Below are positions 20,004 through 29,096 of a DNA stretch of 32,000 bases, in pieces. Origin of the DNA: Cylindrospermopsis raciborskii Cr2010. GTDB taxonomy: Bacteria; Cyanobacteriota; Cyanobacteriia; Cyanobacteriales; Nostocaceae. The stretch lies in NCBI RefSeq assembly GCF_003367075.2, contig NZ_CP065936.1:1140001-1172000 (forward strand), read 5' to 3'. Under the pieces are notes generated by a model. The model was not told the origin of the DNA. It searched no databases and saw only the letters and a program-made list of their open reading frames with translations. The first letter of the stretch is position 1; every line of letters begins with the position of its first letter. The position numbers and the translations under genes were made by a program.

Positions 20004-20882
20004 GTGCCGAAATACCTTGGTTTAATCTCTGTTTTAGTTGTCTGTGGTTTATCCAGTCTACCCGATCCTGTTCAAGCACAGGCACTTCTCCCGTATGCTA
20101 TACAACTCAATAGGGCAAATTTAGAAAAGCAAGGGTTAAGACTAGCCCAGGAAGCAGCCCAACTGGCTCGACTTGATCAGTTTGAGCTGGCCATACCCAG
20201 AGCTAAAATGGCCGTGCAATTGGCACCAACAAATGACAAAGTATGGTTTTTGTTAAGTCAGTTACATGTACAAAGAAAGGATTTCCCAGAAGCGATCGCC
20301 TCTTTGACACAAGCCCAAAAACTCAACCCCAATAATCCCGATATTTTATTTGCCCTGGGATCAGCTAATTTCCAACAGAAAAATTATCAACTTTCAGTAA
20401 AATACTATCAATCAGGGTTAAAATTAAGACCAAATGATCCGGAAGGATTATTTAATTTGGGTAATACCTATTACATGTTGGGTAGATTACCAGAAGCGAT
20501 CGCCCAACTTAACCAAGCTGCTAATCAAGACAAGAAGTTCTGGCCAGCAATTAATAACATTGGTCTAATTAAATACGAACAGGGAGACGTAAAGGGTGCC
20601 ATTAAAGAATGGGAAAAAGCAATTGCCATAGACCAGAGAGCAGCGGAAGCTCTCTTAGCGTTAGCAGTAGCTCTTTACACCCGGGGTGAAAGTCAACAGG
20701 GGTTAACCAAGGGAGAACAGGCCCTAAAAATAGATCAAAGGTATGCGGATCTTGACTTTCTCAAAGAAAATCTCTGGGGAACAAAGTTACTGTTAGATGC
20801 TAAAAAGTTTTTAGAACTACCTGAGATTAGATCAGCTCTAGAACCGAAAGAAGAGACACCTAGCCCAACAGACAATCAGTAG
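20004..20882 (+). CDS. Secreted/periplasmic TPR repeat protein
   Basis: Signal-like N-terminus ending VQAQ; repeated TPR units such as PDILFALGSANFQQKNYQLSVKYYQSGLKLRPNDPEGLFNLGNTYYMLGRLPEAIAQLNQA. Confidence 0.9.
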   Translation: MPKYLGLISVLVVCGLSSLPDPVQAQALLPYAIQLNRANLEKQGLRLAQEAAQLARLDQFELAIPRAKMAVQLAPTNDKVWFLLSQLHVQRKDFPEAIASLTQAQKLNPNNPDILFALGSANFQQKNYQLSVKYYQSGLKLRPNDPEGLFNLGNTYYMLGRLPEAIAQLNQAANQDKKFWPAINNIGLIKYEQGDVKGAIKEWEKAIAIDQRAAEALLALAVALYTRGESQQGLTKGEQALKIDQRYADLDFLKENLWGTKLLLDAKKFLELPEIRSALEPKEETPSPTDNQ

Positions 20883-20889
20883 CAATGGA

Positions 20890-21312
20890 TCAAGACGATT
20901 CCCGGTTACCATTGAGGAGATTCATAACTTGAGCAATAAATTGCTGGTGATCAACAACTGGCTTAGAAATATAGTCATCAGCACCACTTTGTTTGAGAAA
21001 ATTCTCGCGATCGCCCTCCATAGCGTGAGCGGTGACAAGAATTACAGGTAGTCTTGCTGTTTGGGGGTGAGATTTTAACAGTTGTGTAATTTTGATTCCA
21101 TCCACAGACTCACCTTGATAAAGACTATGTGACAGAGAAACATCCATTAAAATCAAATCAGCTCCCCCTGATTGGGCGATGGTGATAACTTCTGCCACAT
21201 TTTCCGTGTGTTTTACCGCTAAACCAGCACGTTTGGTTAAAATCTTGGCAAAGACACGAGCATTAATCAGGTCATCTTCCACAATCAAAACTGTCTTCAT
21301 GAAAAATTCCAT
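20890..21312 (-). CDS. Single-domain response regulator (CheY-like; likely start MKTVLIVEDD at 21300)
   Basis: VLIVEDD, phosphoacceptor ILMDVSL, VILVTAHAM, ADDYISKPV. Confidence 0.92.
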   Translation of the reverse strand: MEFFMKTVLIVEDDLINARVFAKILTKRAGLAVKHTENVAEVITIAQSGGADLILMDVSLSHSLYQGESVDGIKITQLLKSHPQTARLPVILVTAHAMEGDRENFLKQSGADDYISKPVVDHQQFIAQVMNLLNGNRESS

Positions 21313-21637
21313 CCAATTAGGTAGGTTTAGGTAGGTGAGGTAAAATAACCAAAGACTGTAGATAAATTCATAAGGATATGTATTAATGAAAATAATTTAC
21401 ATTAGTTTGAATTTCCTAAGTTTTAACCATAAAACAGCAGCAGCTATGGATTTCAGCCTAATAATCAATAATCTAGGGAGTGGAATCAATATCAGGGACA
21501 ATATGAGAGTTCTTTTTGCAAAAGAACTGTAAAAATTAGTTAGGAGATCCCATCTCCCATATATTTCAGTGGTGCAGCAGTTGTTAAAGTGTTCAATTAC
21601 AACGAGTTTTATATAGCTAGAATTCAGGGAAGAACTC

Positions 21638-24154
21638 ATGGCAGAACAGTTAAACCTTCTCAATACGGGACAGGTAGTTTCTACGGCCCTACACACAGAA
21701 ATGCAAAGGTCTTATTTAGAATATGCCATGAGTGTGATTGTAGGGCGAGCATTACCAGACGTACGGGACGGACTAAAGCCAGTACATAGACGAATTTTAT
21801 ATGCCATGCACGAATTGGGTTTAACACCAGATAGACCCTATCGAAAATGTGCCCGCGTAGTTGGTGATGTGTTGGGTAAATACCATCCCCATGGCGACCA
21901 AGCTGTATATGACGCTCTAGTGAGATTAGTACAGGATTTTTCCAGTCGTTATCCTCTATTGGGGGGACATGGTAATTTTGGCAGTGTGGATAATGATCCA
22001 CCAGCAGCAATGCGGTATACGGAAACCCGCTTGGCACCAATTGGTCATGAAGCAATGCTCCGGGAAATTGGCGAAGAAACAGTAGAATTCGTGGGTAACT
22101 TTGACAATTCCCAGCAGGAACCCACGGTTTTACCAGCTCAGTTGCCATTTTTGTTAATCAATGGTTGTGCTGGGATTGCTGTGGGAATGGCCACTAATAT
22201 TCCTCCCCATAATTTAGGGGAAATAGTCGATGGTTTAATCGCTTTAATTGACCATCCTGACCTAACGGAGGAAAAACTACTGGAATTAATTCCAGGTCCG
22301 GATTTTCCCACCGGTGGACAAATTGTTGGTAGTGGGGGAATCAAGGAAGCATACAATACGGGTAAAGGTGGCATTATCTTACGTGGTGTCGTTTCTCTAG
22401 AAGATATTGTCTCCACCCGAGGTGGAAGGCGTCGCACGGCAATTATCGTCACCGAATTACCCTATCAGGTCAATAAAGCAGGTTGGATTGAAAAGGTAGC
22501 TGATCTAGTTAATCAAGGTCGCTTACACGGAATTTCGGATTTGCGTGATGAGAGCGATCGCCAGGGAATGCGGGTAGTAATTGAACTCAAACGGGATGCT
22601 AACCCGGAGGAGGTAATTGGGCAGCTGTATCACCAAACGGCATTACAAACTACCTTTGGAGCCATTCTGCTAGCTTTAGTAGAAGGACAACCCCGTCAGT
22701 TAAGCCTGCGACAAATGTTACAGGAGTTCCTGCGTTTTCGGGAAGACACTCTTAACCGTCGTTACAGTTATGAGTTGGGCAAAGCTGAAAACCGAGCAAG
22801 TATAGTCGCTGGTTTATTGAAAGCTCTTTTTGCTGTGGATGAGGTAATTACAATCCTACGACAGTCCCCTGATGGTAGTACAGCCAAAATGGTCCTTTGT
22901 CAGCAATTGGATCTGACGGAAACTCAAGCTGATGCTATTTTGGCTATGCCATTACGTCGTTTAACCAGTTTAGAACGGCAAAATTTACAGGAAGAATTTG
23001 ATCAGCTCAATGAGCAGATTACTTCCCTGCGCAGACTCTTAGAAGACCGACGCGAGTTACTCAAATCCTTAAAAAAGGATTTACGAACTCTCAAACGTAA
23101 ATATGGGGATACCAGAAGAACTAAACTAATACCTGGGCAGATAGCTGTTAAAGCAGATAAAGTCAATAATCAGCCATCCTCTCCGGGAGAAAAGGAAAAA
23201 TCCAAAATTTCCCAGGAGGAACAACCACCAGAACCCGCCATTTTGGAATTTACCCACCGTGGCTACGTACGTCGTCTTGCTCCTGGTAGCAAAAAAGCTA
23301 AAGCTGAAACTATCATGGGAGACAATGATTTTCTCATTCAAACTGAAATAACTAATACCCACCAAGATCTATTGATTCTCAATACTAGTGGCAAAGTTTA
23401 TCCTGCGAAAGTGGGAGATATTTCCCCTATTAGTCCCCGTTCTCCCAGGGGAATACCATTAATTACCCTGCTCACTAACACAGCTCAAGGCAATGTGGAG
23501 GGGATTTTGGGTCGTTTTATTCTCCCGGAAACCAAAGATACTCATGACATGGTTATAGTAACCAAACAAGGAAGAATTAAGCGGCTTTCCTTAGAAGAAT
23601 TAACCAATGTTAGCAAGCGAGGAATAACCATATTAAAAGTAAAAGATGATGACCAATTGTGTTTTGCCCAGTTAACTAATCCTAATCACAATCTGATTTT
23701 AGCCAGTTCGGGAGGTCGTTGTTTACGTTTTGCCATTAACGATGACCAATTACCAGTTATGGGACGTGGCGCCATGGGTTTACAATCCCTCCGTATTCTT
23801 AAAAGTCAGCAAATTATAGGGTGTGTCGCGATTGGACAAGAAGAAAATTTATTGTTAGTGACCCAGGAGGGATATGCCAAGAAAATATCTAGTAGTAGTT
23901 TAAGAGCGGGTAATCGAGGTGATTTGGGTACACAGATGTTGAAGTTCCATAACAAAACCGATAACCTGGTGGCCATAACTAGGACTAATAGCAGTCAGGA
24001 AGTAGCACTGGTTACTAATAAAGATCGCGTGATCAAAACATCTATAGAATCCATACCCATCCTAGATAGGGACGCTAGGGGGGAGAACATCCTCCCCATG
24101 ACTAGGGATGAAATAATTACATCAGTAGTTTTAGTCCTAGAAACCGGAAGTTAA
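21638..24154 (+). CDS. gyrA: Type IIA topoisomerase subunit A (GyrA/ParC family)
   Basis: [70 protein letters not shown]; beta-pinwheel-type CTD repeats. No GyrA box, see findings. Confidence 0.93.
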   Translation: MAEQLNLLNTGQVVSTALHTEMQRSYLEYAMSVIVGRALPDVRDGLKPVHRRILYAMHELGLTPDRPYRKCARVVGDVLGKYHPHGDQAVYDALVRLVQDFSSRYPLLGGHGNFGSVDNDPPAAMRYTETRLAPIGHEAMLREIGEETVEFVGNFDNSQQEPTVLPAQLPFLLINGCAGIAVGMATNIPPHNLGEIVDGLIALIDHPDLTEEKLLELIPGPDFPTGGQIVGSGGIKEAYNTGKGGIILRGVVSLEDIVSTRGGRRRTAIIVTELPYQVNKAGWIEKVADLVNQGRLHGISDLRDESDRQGMRVVIELKRDANPEEVIGQLYHQTALQTTFGAILLALVEGQPRQLSLRQMLQEFLRFREDTLNRRYSYELGKAENRASIVAGLLKALFAVDEVITILRQSPDGSTAKMVLCQQLDLTETQADAILAMPLRRLTSLERQNLQEEFDQLNEQITSLRRLLEDRRELLKSLKKDLRTLKRKYGDTRRTKLIPGQIAVKADKVNNQPSSPGEKEKSKISQEEQPPEPAILEFTHRGYVRRLAPGSKKAKAETIMGDNDFLIQTEITNTHQDLLILNTSGKVYPAKVGDISPISPRSPRGIPLITLLTNTAQGNVEGILGRFILPETKDTHDMVIVTKQGRIKRLSLEELTNVSKRGITILKVKDDDQLCFAQLTNPNHNLILASSGGRCLRFAINDDQLPVMGRGAMGLQSLRILKSQQIIGCVAIGQEENLLLVTQEGYAKKISSSSLRAGNRGDLGTQMLKFHNKTDNLVAITRTNSSQEVALVTNKDRVIKTSIESIPILDRDARGENILPMTRDEIITSVVLVLETGS

Positions 24155-24251
24155 GTGGAATTAAATATAAGATCAACGCAGGTTGGGTTGAAGTATGAAA
24201 CCCAACACCCGCGTGGGTTAAACCCATCCTACAAATAATTGTGCCTCCCTA
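24155..24251 (+). repeat. Dispersed palindromic repeat, copy D
   Basis: GTGGAATTAAATATAAGATCAACGCAGGTTGGGTTGAAGTATGAAACCCAACACCCGCGTGGGTTAAACCCATCCTACAAATAATTGTGCCTCCCTA; starts at the base after the gyrA stop codon. Confidence 0.88.
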
Positions 24252-24364
24252 ATTAACATTTCCAGAGAAATAGTTAAACGGGAATGTTGCATTTTTGAAA
24301 ATATTTGTTATATTAGTTTACATAAGACAATAAAACTTAGTAAACTCAAACTGGAGTGCGAACC

Positions 24365-24544
24365 ATGAGTAATGCAGCAAAAACCACTAGCTCCGTACCA
24401 GAAGACCGCAATGCATGGCGTTGGGGGTTCACTCCCCAAGCTGAGATCTGGAATGGTCGCTTGGCCATGATTGGTTTTGTATCAGCAACCTTAATTGAGT
24501 TGTTTTCTGGTCAAGGCTTCCTACATTTTTGGGGTATTTTGTAG
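24365..24544 (+). CDS. High light-inducible protein (HLIP/CAB-ELIP-HLIP superfamily)
   Basis: [40 protein letters not shown], single chlorophyll-binding helix motif ExxNGRxAMIGF. ORF track start 24356; ATG at 24365 gives MSNAAK. Confidence 0.95.
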   Translation: MSNAAKTTSSVPEDRNAWRWGFTPQAEIWNGRLAMIGFVSATLIELFSGQGFLHFWGIL

Positions 24545-24715
24545 ATTTTGAGACTTAGAGTTTTTCCCTGAGAACCTGGTAGTTACTAGCTACCAGGTTA
24601 ATTTCATATCCAACATCATCTCTAGGTAAACAGAGCGACCTACATTTTATGAAATGTCAGTGCTTCGCCAGATCCCTCCCGATCGCCCTTTATTGTGTCC
24701 TAGACCCAGGATCTC

Positions 24716-24760
24716 GTAGGTTGGGTTGAGTTTAATACGAAACCCAACGGACCCACAGGA
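24716..24760 (+). repeat. Partial copy of the palindromic core of the dispersed repeat
   Basis: CGTAGGTTGGGTTGAGTTTAATACGAAACCCAACGGACCCACAGG. Confidence 0.6.
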
Positions 24761-24871
24761 TATAAAGAATTACTCCTAACCGAGAAGCATCTTTTAACTG
24801 TGACTTACCAAACAGCGTGCTTTAAAATTAGGAATAGTCCAAACTAACCGCAGGATAAGTAAGGTAATAGA

Positions 24872-25336
24872 ATGGAAACCAAATCATCACAGGTGCAACC
24901 CACCTTATATGACAGTGATTACCATCTCTGGATACTCAAAACTGTAAAACAACTGGAGAGTCGTGACTTTAACTCCGTTGACTGGAATAACTTAATCGAT
25001 GAGGTGCGGGATTTGAGCAGACGGGAGAAAAGACGCATGCAAAGTTTGCTCACCCTGTTAATAGAACACCTGTTGAAAAGCACTTACTGGGAGTCAGAAA
25101 AACCGACAAATTTAGCGCATTGGCAAGCCGAAATCACTAACTTTCGTAAACAGATCAAAAGAGAATTAAAAGCGAGTCCTAGCCTCAATACCTATCTAAA
25201 AGAGATATTCATAGAATGTTATCAAGACGCAAGGGAAATTGCTGCCAGGCGATCGCAATTACCGCTCACCACTTTCCCCGTCGAACCTATTACTAACCTG
25301 GAGACAATTTTAAATGAGAATTGGTTTCCGATTTAA
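24872..25336 (+). CDS. DUF29 domain-containing protein (second in the window)
   Basis: YDSDYHLWILKTVKQLESRDFNSVDWNNLIDEVRDLSRREKRRMQSLLTLLIEHLLKSTYW, WQAEITNFRKQIKREL. Confidence 0.9.
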   Translation: METKSSQVQPTLYDSDYHLWILKTVKQLESRDFNSVDWNNLIDEVRDLSRREKRRMQSLLTLLIEHLLKSTYWESEKPTNLAHWQAEITNFRKQIKRELKASPSLNTYLKEIFIECYQDAREIAARRSQLPLTTFPVEPITNLETILNENWFPI

Positions 25337-25355
25337 AATTATGGATCTTTACTCA

Positions 25356-25412
25356 GCAAGTAGGGAGGCACAATTATTTGTAGGATGGGTCTCGTTCCTC
25401 GACCCATTTCGC
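25356..25412 (-). repeat. Divergent or partial member of the dispersed repeat family
   Basis: AAGTAGGGAGGCACAATTATTTGTAGGATGGG matches the right terminus; the core is replaced by TCTCGTTCCTCGACCCATTT. Confidence 0.6.
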
Positions 25413-25512
25413 AATCGCTCTTTTCATTATAATTACCACATTTTTTGAGTTATGCATCATATTTGTTGTGTTTTAATCCACAAATGAAATATTGTTCCTG
25501 ATTTTTCCAAAA

Positions 25513-28044
25513 TTAAACACTCATTTGCTGTCTTTGATAGAGTGACCAGTATAGACCTTTTTGTTGTAGTAAACTTGGGTGATTGCCTTGTTCTGCGATA
25601 ATCCCCTTTTCCATAACCAAAATTAGATCTGCACGCTTTAAAGGAGCAAATCTATGGGCAATTAAAAACACCGTGCGGTGAGCGGAAATTTTTTGTAAAT
25701 TGGATAAAACCTGCTGTTCAGTTTCACTATCTAAAGCGCTAGTTGCTTCGTCTAGGATTAGAATTGGCGCAGGAGAAAGAAACATTCTAGCTAGGGCTAT
25801 TCTTTGTCTTTGTCCACCAGATAAAGCTGTACCCCTTTCACCCACATTAGTTTCATAACCAAATGGTAATTGACTGATAAAATCGTGTGCAACTGCTAAT
25901 TTAGCCGCCTCTACTACCTGTTTAGCTGTAATATCTGGATTACCTAAACTAATGTTTTCTAAAATTGATCCATTAAATAAAAAGTCCTCTTGTAACACCA
26001 CTGCAATCTGTCCTCTTAAAGATGCTAGGTCACAACTTTTGAGATCAAAGCCATCTATTAAAATACGTCCCGATTCAATTTGATATAGTCTTTGTAGAAG
26101 TTTAGATAGGGTACTTTTACCAGAACCACTACGTCCCACAATCCCTATAAACTGACCTGGTTGGACTTGGAAAGAAATTCCCTTTAACACCGGTTCGGTG
26201 TGGGGACTGTAACGGAAAAAAACCTGTTGAAAACTAACTTCTCCTTTTAGTGGTGGTAGAACTAATCCCGTTCCCATTTCCGCTTCTGGTGCAGCATTAA
26301 GAATATCGCCAATTCTATCTACAGATAGTAAAACCTGTTGGAGATTTTGCCATAGTTGCACCAATCGTAATAAAGGTCCTGTTACTCTTGCTGATAACAT
26401 TTGAAAAGCAATTAATTGACCTACAGTGATTTGGTGGTCAATCACTAATCTCGCTCCCACCCAAAGTATTAATAAGTTAGAAAAATTAGTGAAAAAATTG
26501 CCAATATTGCTACTGATATTGGAAGTTGTAGAAGCTTTAAATCCGGTACGGATAAACTTAGCAAATAGTCCTTCCCATCTTTCCCTAGCTACTGGTTCTG
26601 CTGCATGTGCTTTTACAGAATGAATAGCTGTAATTGTCTCTACCAAAAATGCCTGACTATCCGCACTACGGTTAAAAGTCTGATTTAACCAATTTCTTAA
26701 AATGGGGGTGGAAATAATTGTTAAAGCTGCAAATAGTGGTAAAACTGCTAGGGATACAAAAGTAAGAGTTATGTTATAGTAGCACATCAATGCCAAATAT
26801 ACTATGGCAAAAATACTATCCAGAATTACCGTTAAAGCTGTACCAGTTAAAAACTGTCGAATCTGTTCTAATTCTTGAACCCTAGCAACCGTATCTCCCA
26901 CTCGACGAGCTTCAAAATATGCCAAGGGTAGACGCATTAAATGGCGAAAAAGTTGAGCAGATAAACTTAAATCTAACCTTCTTGCTGTATGGGTGAAAAT
27001 GAAGACCCTTAAAATTCCTAAAACCGATTCAAAAACACTAACCAATAATAGAGCGATCGCCATGACATCGAGAGTTGCTAAACTCTCCTGTACCATAACT
27101 TTATCAATAATTACCTGGGTAATCAATGGTGTTGTTAAACCCAATAATTGTAAAGTAAGGGATGCTAATAAGACCTCACTCAATAACTTACGGTATTTCC
27201 AAATTGCGGGTGCGAACCAGGAGAGATTGAATTTTTCCTGTTCAGTAATTAATTCAGTTTGCCATAATATACCATCCCAGGATGATTCCACTACAGATTG
27301 TGTTAAACATTCACATTCAACACTCAGGGGGTTAGCAATAATTAAGTCTTCACCTTTGATTCCATAAACTACTACCCAGGTATGGGAGGATTTCCACTGT
27401 AAGAGAGCGGGGAAAGTTAATTGTTTTAAATCATTCCAGCTTACTTGAATTTTCCGGACTATTAAACCGATTTTTCCCCCAGTTTCTATTAAATTTTTGG
27501 GGGTTTCTCCTCCTAGTTGACGTTGCACCCAGTCTATAGCTACGGGATTGTTTAAATATTGCATCACCATTGTTAGACAAGCGGATGCAGTGTTACCACT
27601 GGCTATAAAAGGATAGTTAGCGATGGTGGACTTAGTGGTTGATGTGCTCAGATTTGAAGACTCAATTAAGGTGGGTTGGTTTTGTTCTTCCTGATCAGAC
27701 CAAAATTGATCGATTTGGGGGTGGTTGAACTCTTTCCATAAGGATGTCTCCCAATAAATAATTTTTACTTCTCTACTAGCAGCTACTGCTTTACAGTTTT
27801 TAAAAACTGGCTGCAAGTTGCCAAACCAGTCTCCATCCCCTAAAGTGACCACGGGTTTATTCATCTCGTCCCGCAATCGCACTTTACCACTAATAATAAA
27901 AAACTGATATCTCCCTGTTTCTTGTGACCAAATTTTTTCGCCCATTTGGTATTGACGAATTTCCGATTTACATTTTAATTCTGTTTGCTGATCAGCGTTT
28001 AACCAACAAAAAGGCAATTTTTTCCACTCTATAGCATCTAACAC
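25513..28044 (-). CDS. C39-like domain ABC exporter (HlyB/bacteriocin-exporter family) with N-terminal cyclic-nucleotide-binding-like domain
   Basis: N-terminal Crp-like fold region, degenerate C39 region FIASGNTASACLTMV...HTWVVVYGIKGEDLIIANP, TM domain, Walker A GRSGSGKST, signature LSGGQRQRIALARM, Walker B ILILDEATSALD. Confidence 0.93.
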   Translation of the reverse strand: MLDAIEWKKLPFCWLNADQQTELKCKSEIRQYQMGEKIWSQETGRYQFFIISGKVRLRDEMNKPVVTLGDGDWFGNLQPVFKNCKAVAASREVKIIYWETSLWKEFNHPQIDQFWSDQEEQNQPTLIESSNLSTSTTKSTIANYPFIASGNTASACLTMVMQYLNNPVAIDWVQRQLGGETPKNLIETGGKIGLIVRKIQVSWNDLKQLTFPALLQWKSSHTWVVVYGIKGEDLIIANPLSVECECLTQSVVESSWDGILWQTELITEQEKFNLSWFAPAIWKYRKLLSEVLLASLTLQLLGLTTPLITQVIIDKVMVQESLATLDVMAIALLLVSVFESVLGILRVFIFTHTARRLDLSLSAQLFRHLMRLPLAYFEARRVGDTVARVQELEQIRQFLTGTALTVILDSIFAIVYLALMCYYNITLTFVSLAVLPLFAALTIISTPILRNWLNQTFNRSADSQAFLVETITAIHSVKAHAAEPVARERWEGLFAKFIRTGFKASTTSNISSNIGNFFTNFSNLLILWVGARLVIDHQITVGQLIAFQMLSARVTGPLLRLVQLWQNLQQVLLSVDRIGDILNAAPEAEMGTGLVLPPLKGEVSFQQVFFRYSPHTEPVLKGISFQVQPGQFIGIVGRSGSGKSTLSKLLQRLYQIESGRILIDGFDLKSCDLASLRGQIAVVLQEDFLFNGSILENISLGNPDITAKQVVEAAKLAVAHDFISQLPFGYETNVGERGTALSGGQRQRIALARMFLSPAPILILDEATSALDSETEQQVLSNLQKISAHRTVFLIAHRFAPLKRADLILVMEKGIIAEQGNHPSLLQQKGLYWSLYQRQQMSV

Positions 28045-28086
28045 ATTTAGTCTGACAATTTTTCAAGTTTGATGTTTGGTTTTATA

Positions 28087-28114
28087 ATTGAGAATATTCA
28101 CAAATATTCTCAAT
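28087..28114. promoter_or_regulatory. Perfect 12-bp inverted repeat between the parvulin gene and the ABC exporter gene
   Basis: ATTGAGAATATT (28087-28098), CACA, AATATTCTCAAT (28103-28114). Confidence 0.55.
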
Positions 28115-28159
28115 CATTCCGAATTATTTCCTAGAATTGACGGATACTTAATAAATCTC

Positions 28160-28918
28160 TTAACTGACTTGTAATTTTACGGTTACATTTTGAATCTTCT
28201 CTCCCAACCATTTTTCAAATAGCTCATTCTGTAATGATTGTTTTAATTGCACGTTTTCTAGGGAAGATAATAAGATATTCTCCAGTCTGAATAGGTTAAA
28301 AGTACCCTCTATTTCTATAGGTCCAATCAATTCTCCCATATTCGCTCCATCTACGGAAGCACGCAGTATATCTGGTAAACTACCACGACTAATAGGACCC
28401 ATCATACCATTAAAGGTTTTTTCATCTGCTAAAGAATATTCTTTTGCCAGTTGTTCAAAACTACCTCCTTCTTGTATCTGTGTGTGCAACTCCTCCGCTA
28501 ATTCTCGCGTACTCACCATAATTCGAGAAAGCACAACCCGATCTAAATAAATCTTCCTTTCTATAAAATATTCCGGTATTTTTGGCTCGGTAATTACTAC
28601 CTTGAGTTTTTCTAGTTTGAAACTAAAACTCACGGATTCATAAAATGTTCCATAATCCGTACCATTGTTGGTTAACCAATTTTGAAACTGCTCTTGGTCT
28701 GTCAGTTGATTTTTTAACCTAAAATCAATTATTGCTTGCTCGATTAATGCTGTGCTAATATCTACATCATTTCTATTTTTTATCTCTTTTTCTAGTATAT
28801 ATTGCCTCACTACATCATTAATAAACTGATTGAGTCTACCAGAAACTTGTAAATAATTAACTACCTGAGAAAGTTCAATTTGTTCGTCATTGATTGTAAA
28901 AAATGATGAGGATTCCAT
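28160..28918 (-). CDS. Parvulin/PpiC-type peptidylprolyl isomerase, SurA/PrsA-like, no evident signal peptide
   Basis: YLDRVVLSRIMVSTRELAEELHTQIQEGGSFEQLAKEYSLADEKTFNGMMGPISRGSLPDILRASVDGANMGELIGPIEIEGTFNLFRLE. Confidence 0.88.
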   Translation of the reverse strand: MESSSFFTINDEQIELSQVVNYLQVSGRLNQFINDVVRQYILEKEIKNRNDVDISTALIEQAIIDFRLKNQLTDQEQFQNWLTNNGTDYGTFYESVSFSFKLEKLKVVITEPKIPEYFIERKIYLDRVVLSRIMVSTRELAEELHTQIQEGGSFEQLAKEYSLADEKTFNGMMGPISRGSLPDILRASVDGANMGELIGPIEIEGTFNLFRLENILLSSLENVQLKQSLQNELFEKWLGEKIQNVTVKLQVS

Positions 28919-29096
28919 AAAATTAATATGATGAAAATGTGACCAATCTATAGCTGGGTCTTTTCTTTAAATAATAGATAACTATTGGGGAAAATAAGGT
29001 TCATTATGATAAAGATTTTATAAATTAGTAATCAAGAAAATTTCTTATCTCTCCCCGCTCTCTTACATCTTCCTCTTTGTATTTATTTCAAACTGA

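Noticed and set aside
21397-22452. Minus ORFs 21397-21696, 21681-22148 and 22138-22452
   Set aside because: They overlap the gyrA-family coding region on the opposite strand with no supporting motifs.
26426-27367. Plus ORFs inside the ABC exporter gene
   Set aside because: Antisense shadow ORFs; the minus-strand frame encodes intact ABC transporter motifs.
25513-28044. Considered calling the exporter HetC
   Set aside because: Domain order is similar (cNMP-like, C39-like, ABC), but no hetP-like neighbour is visible and the C39 active site looks degenerate; identity was not established.
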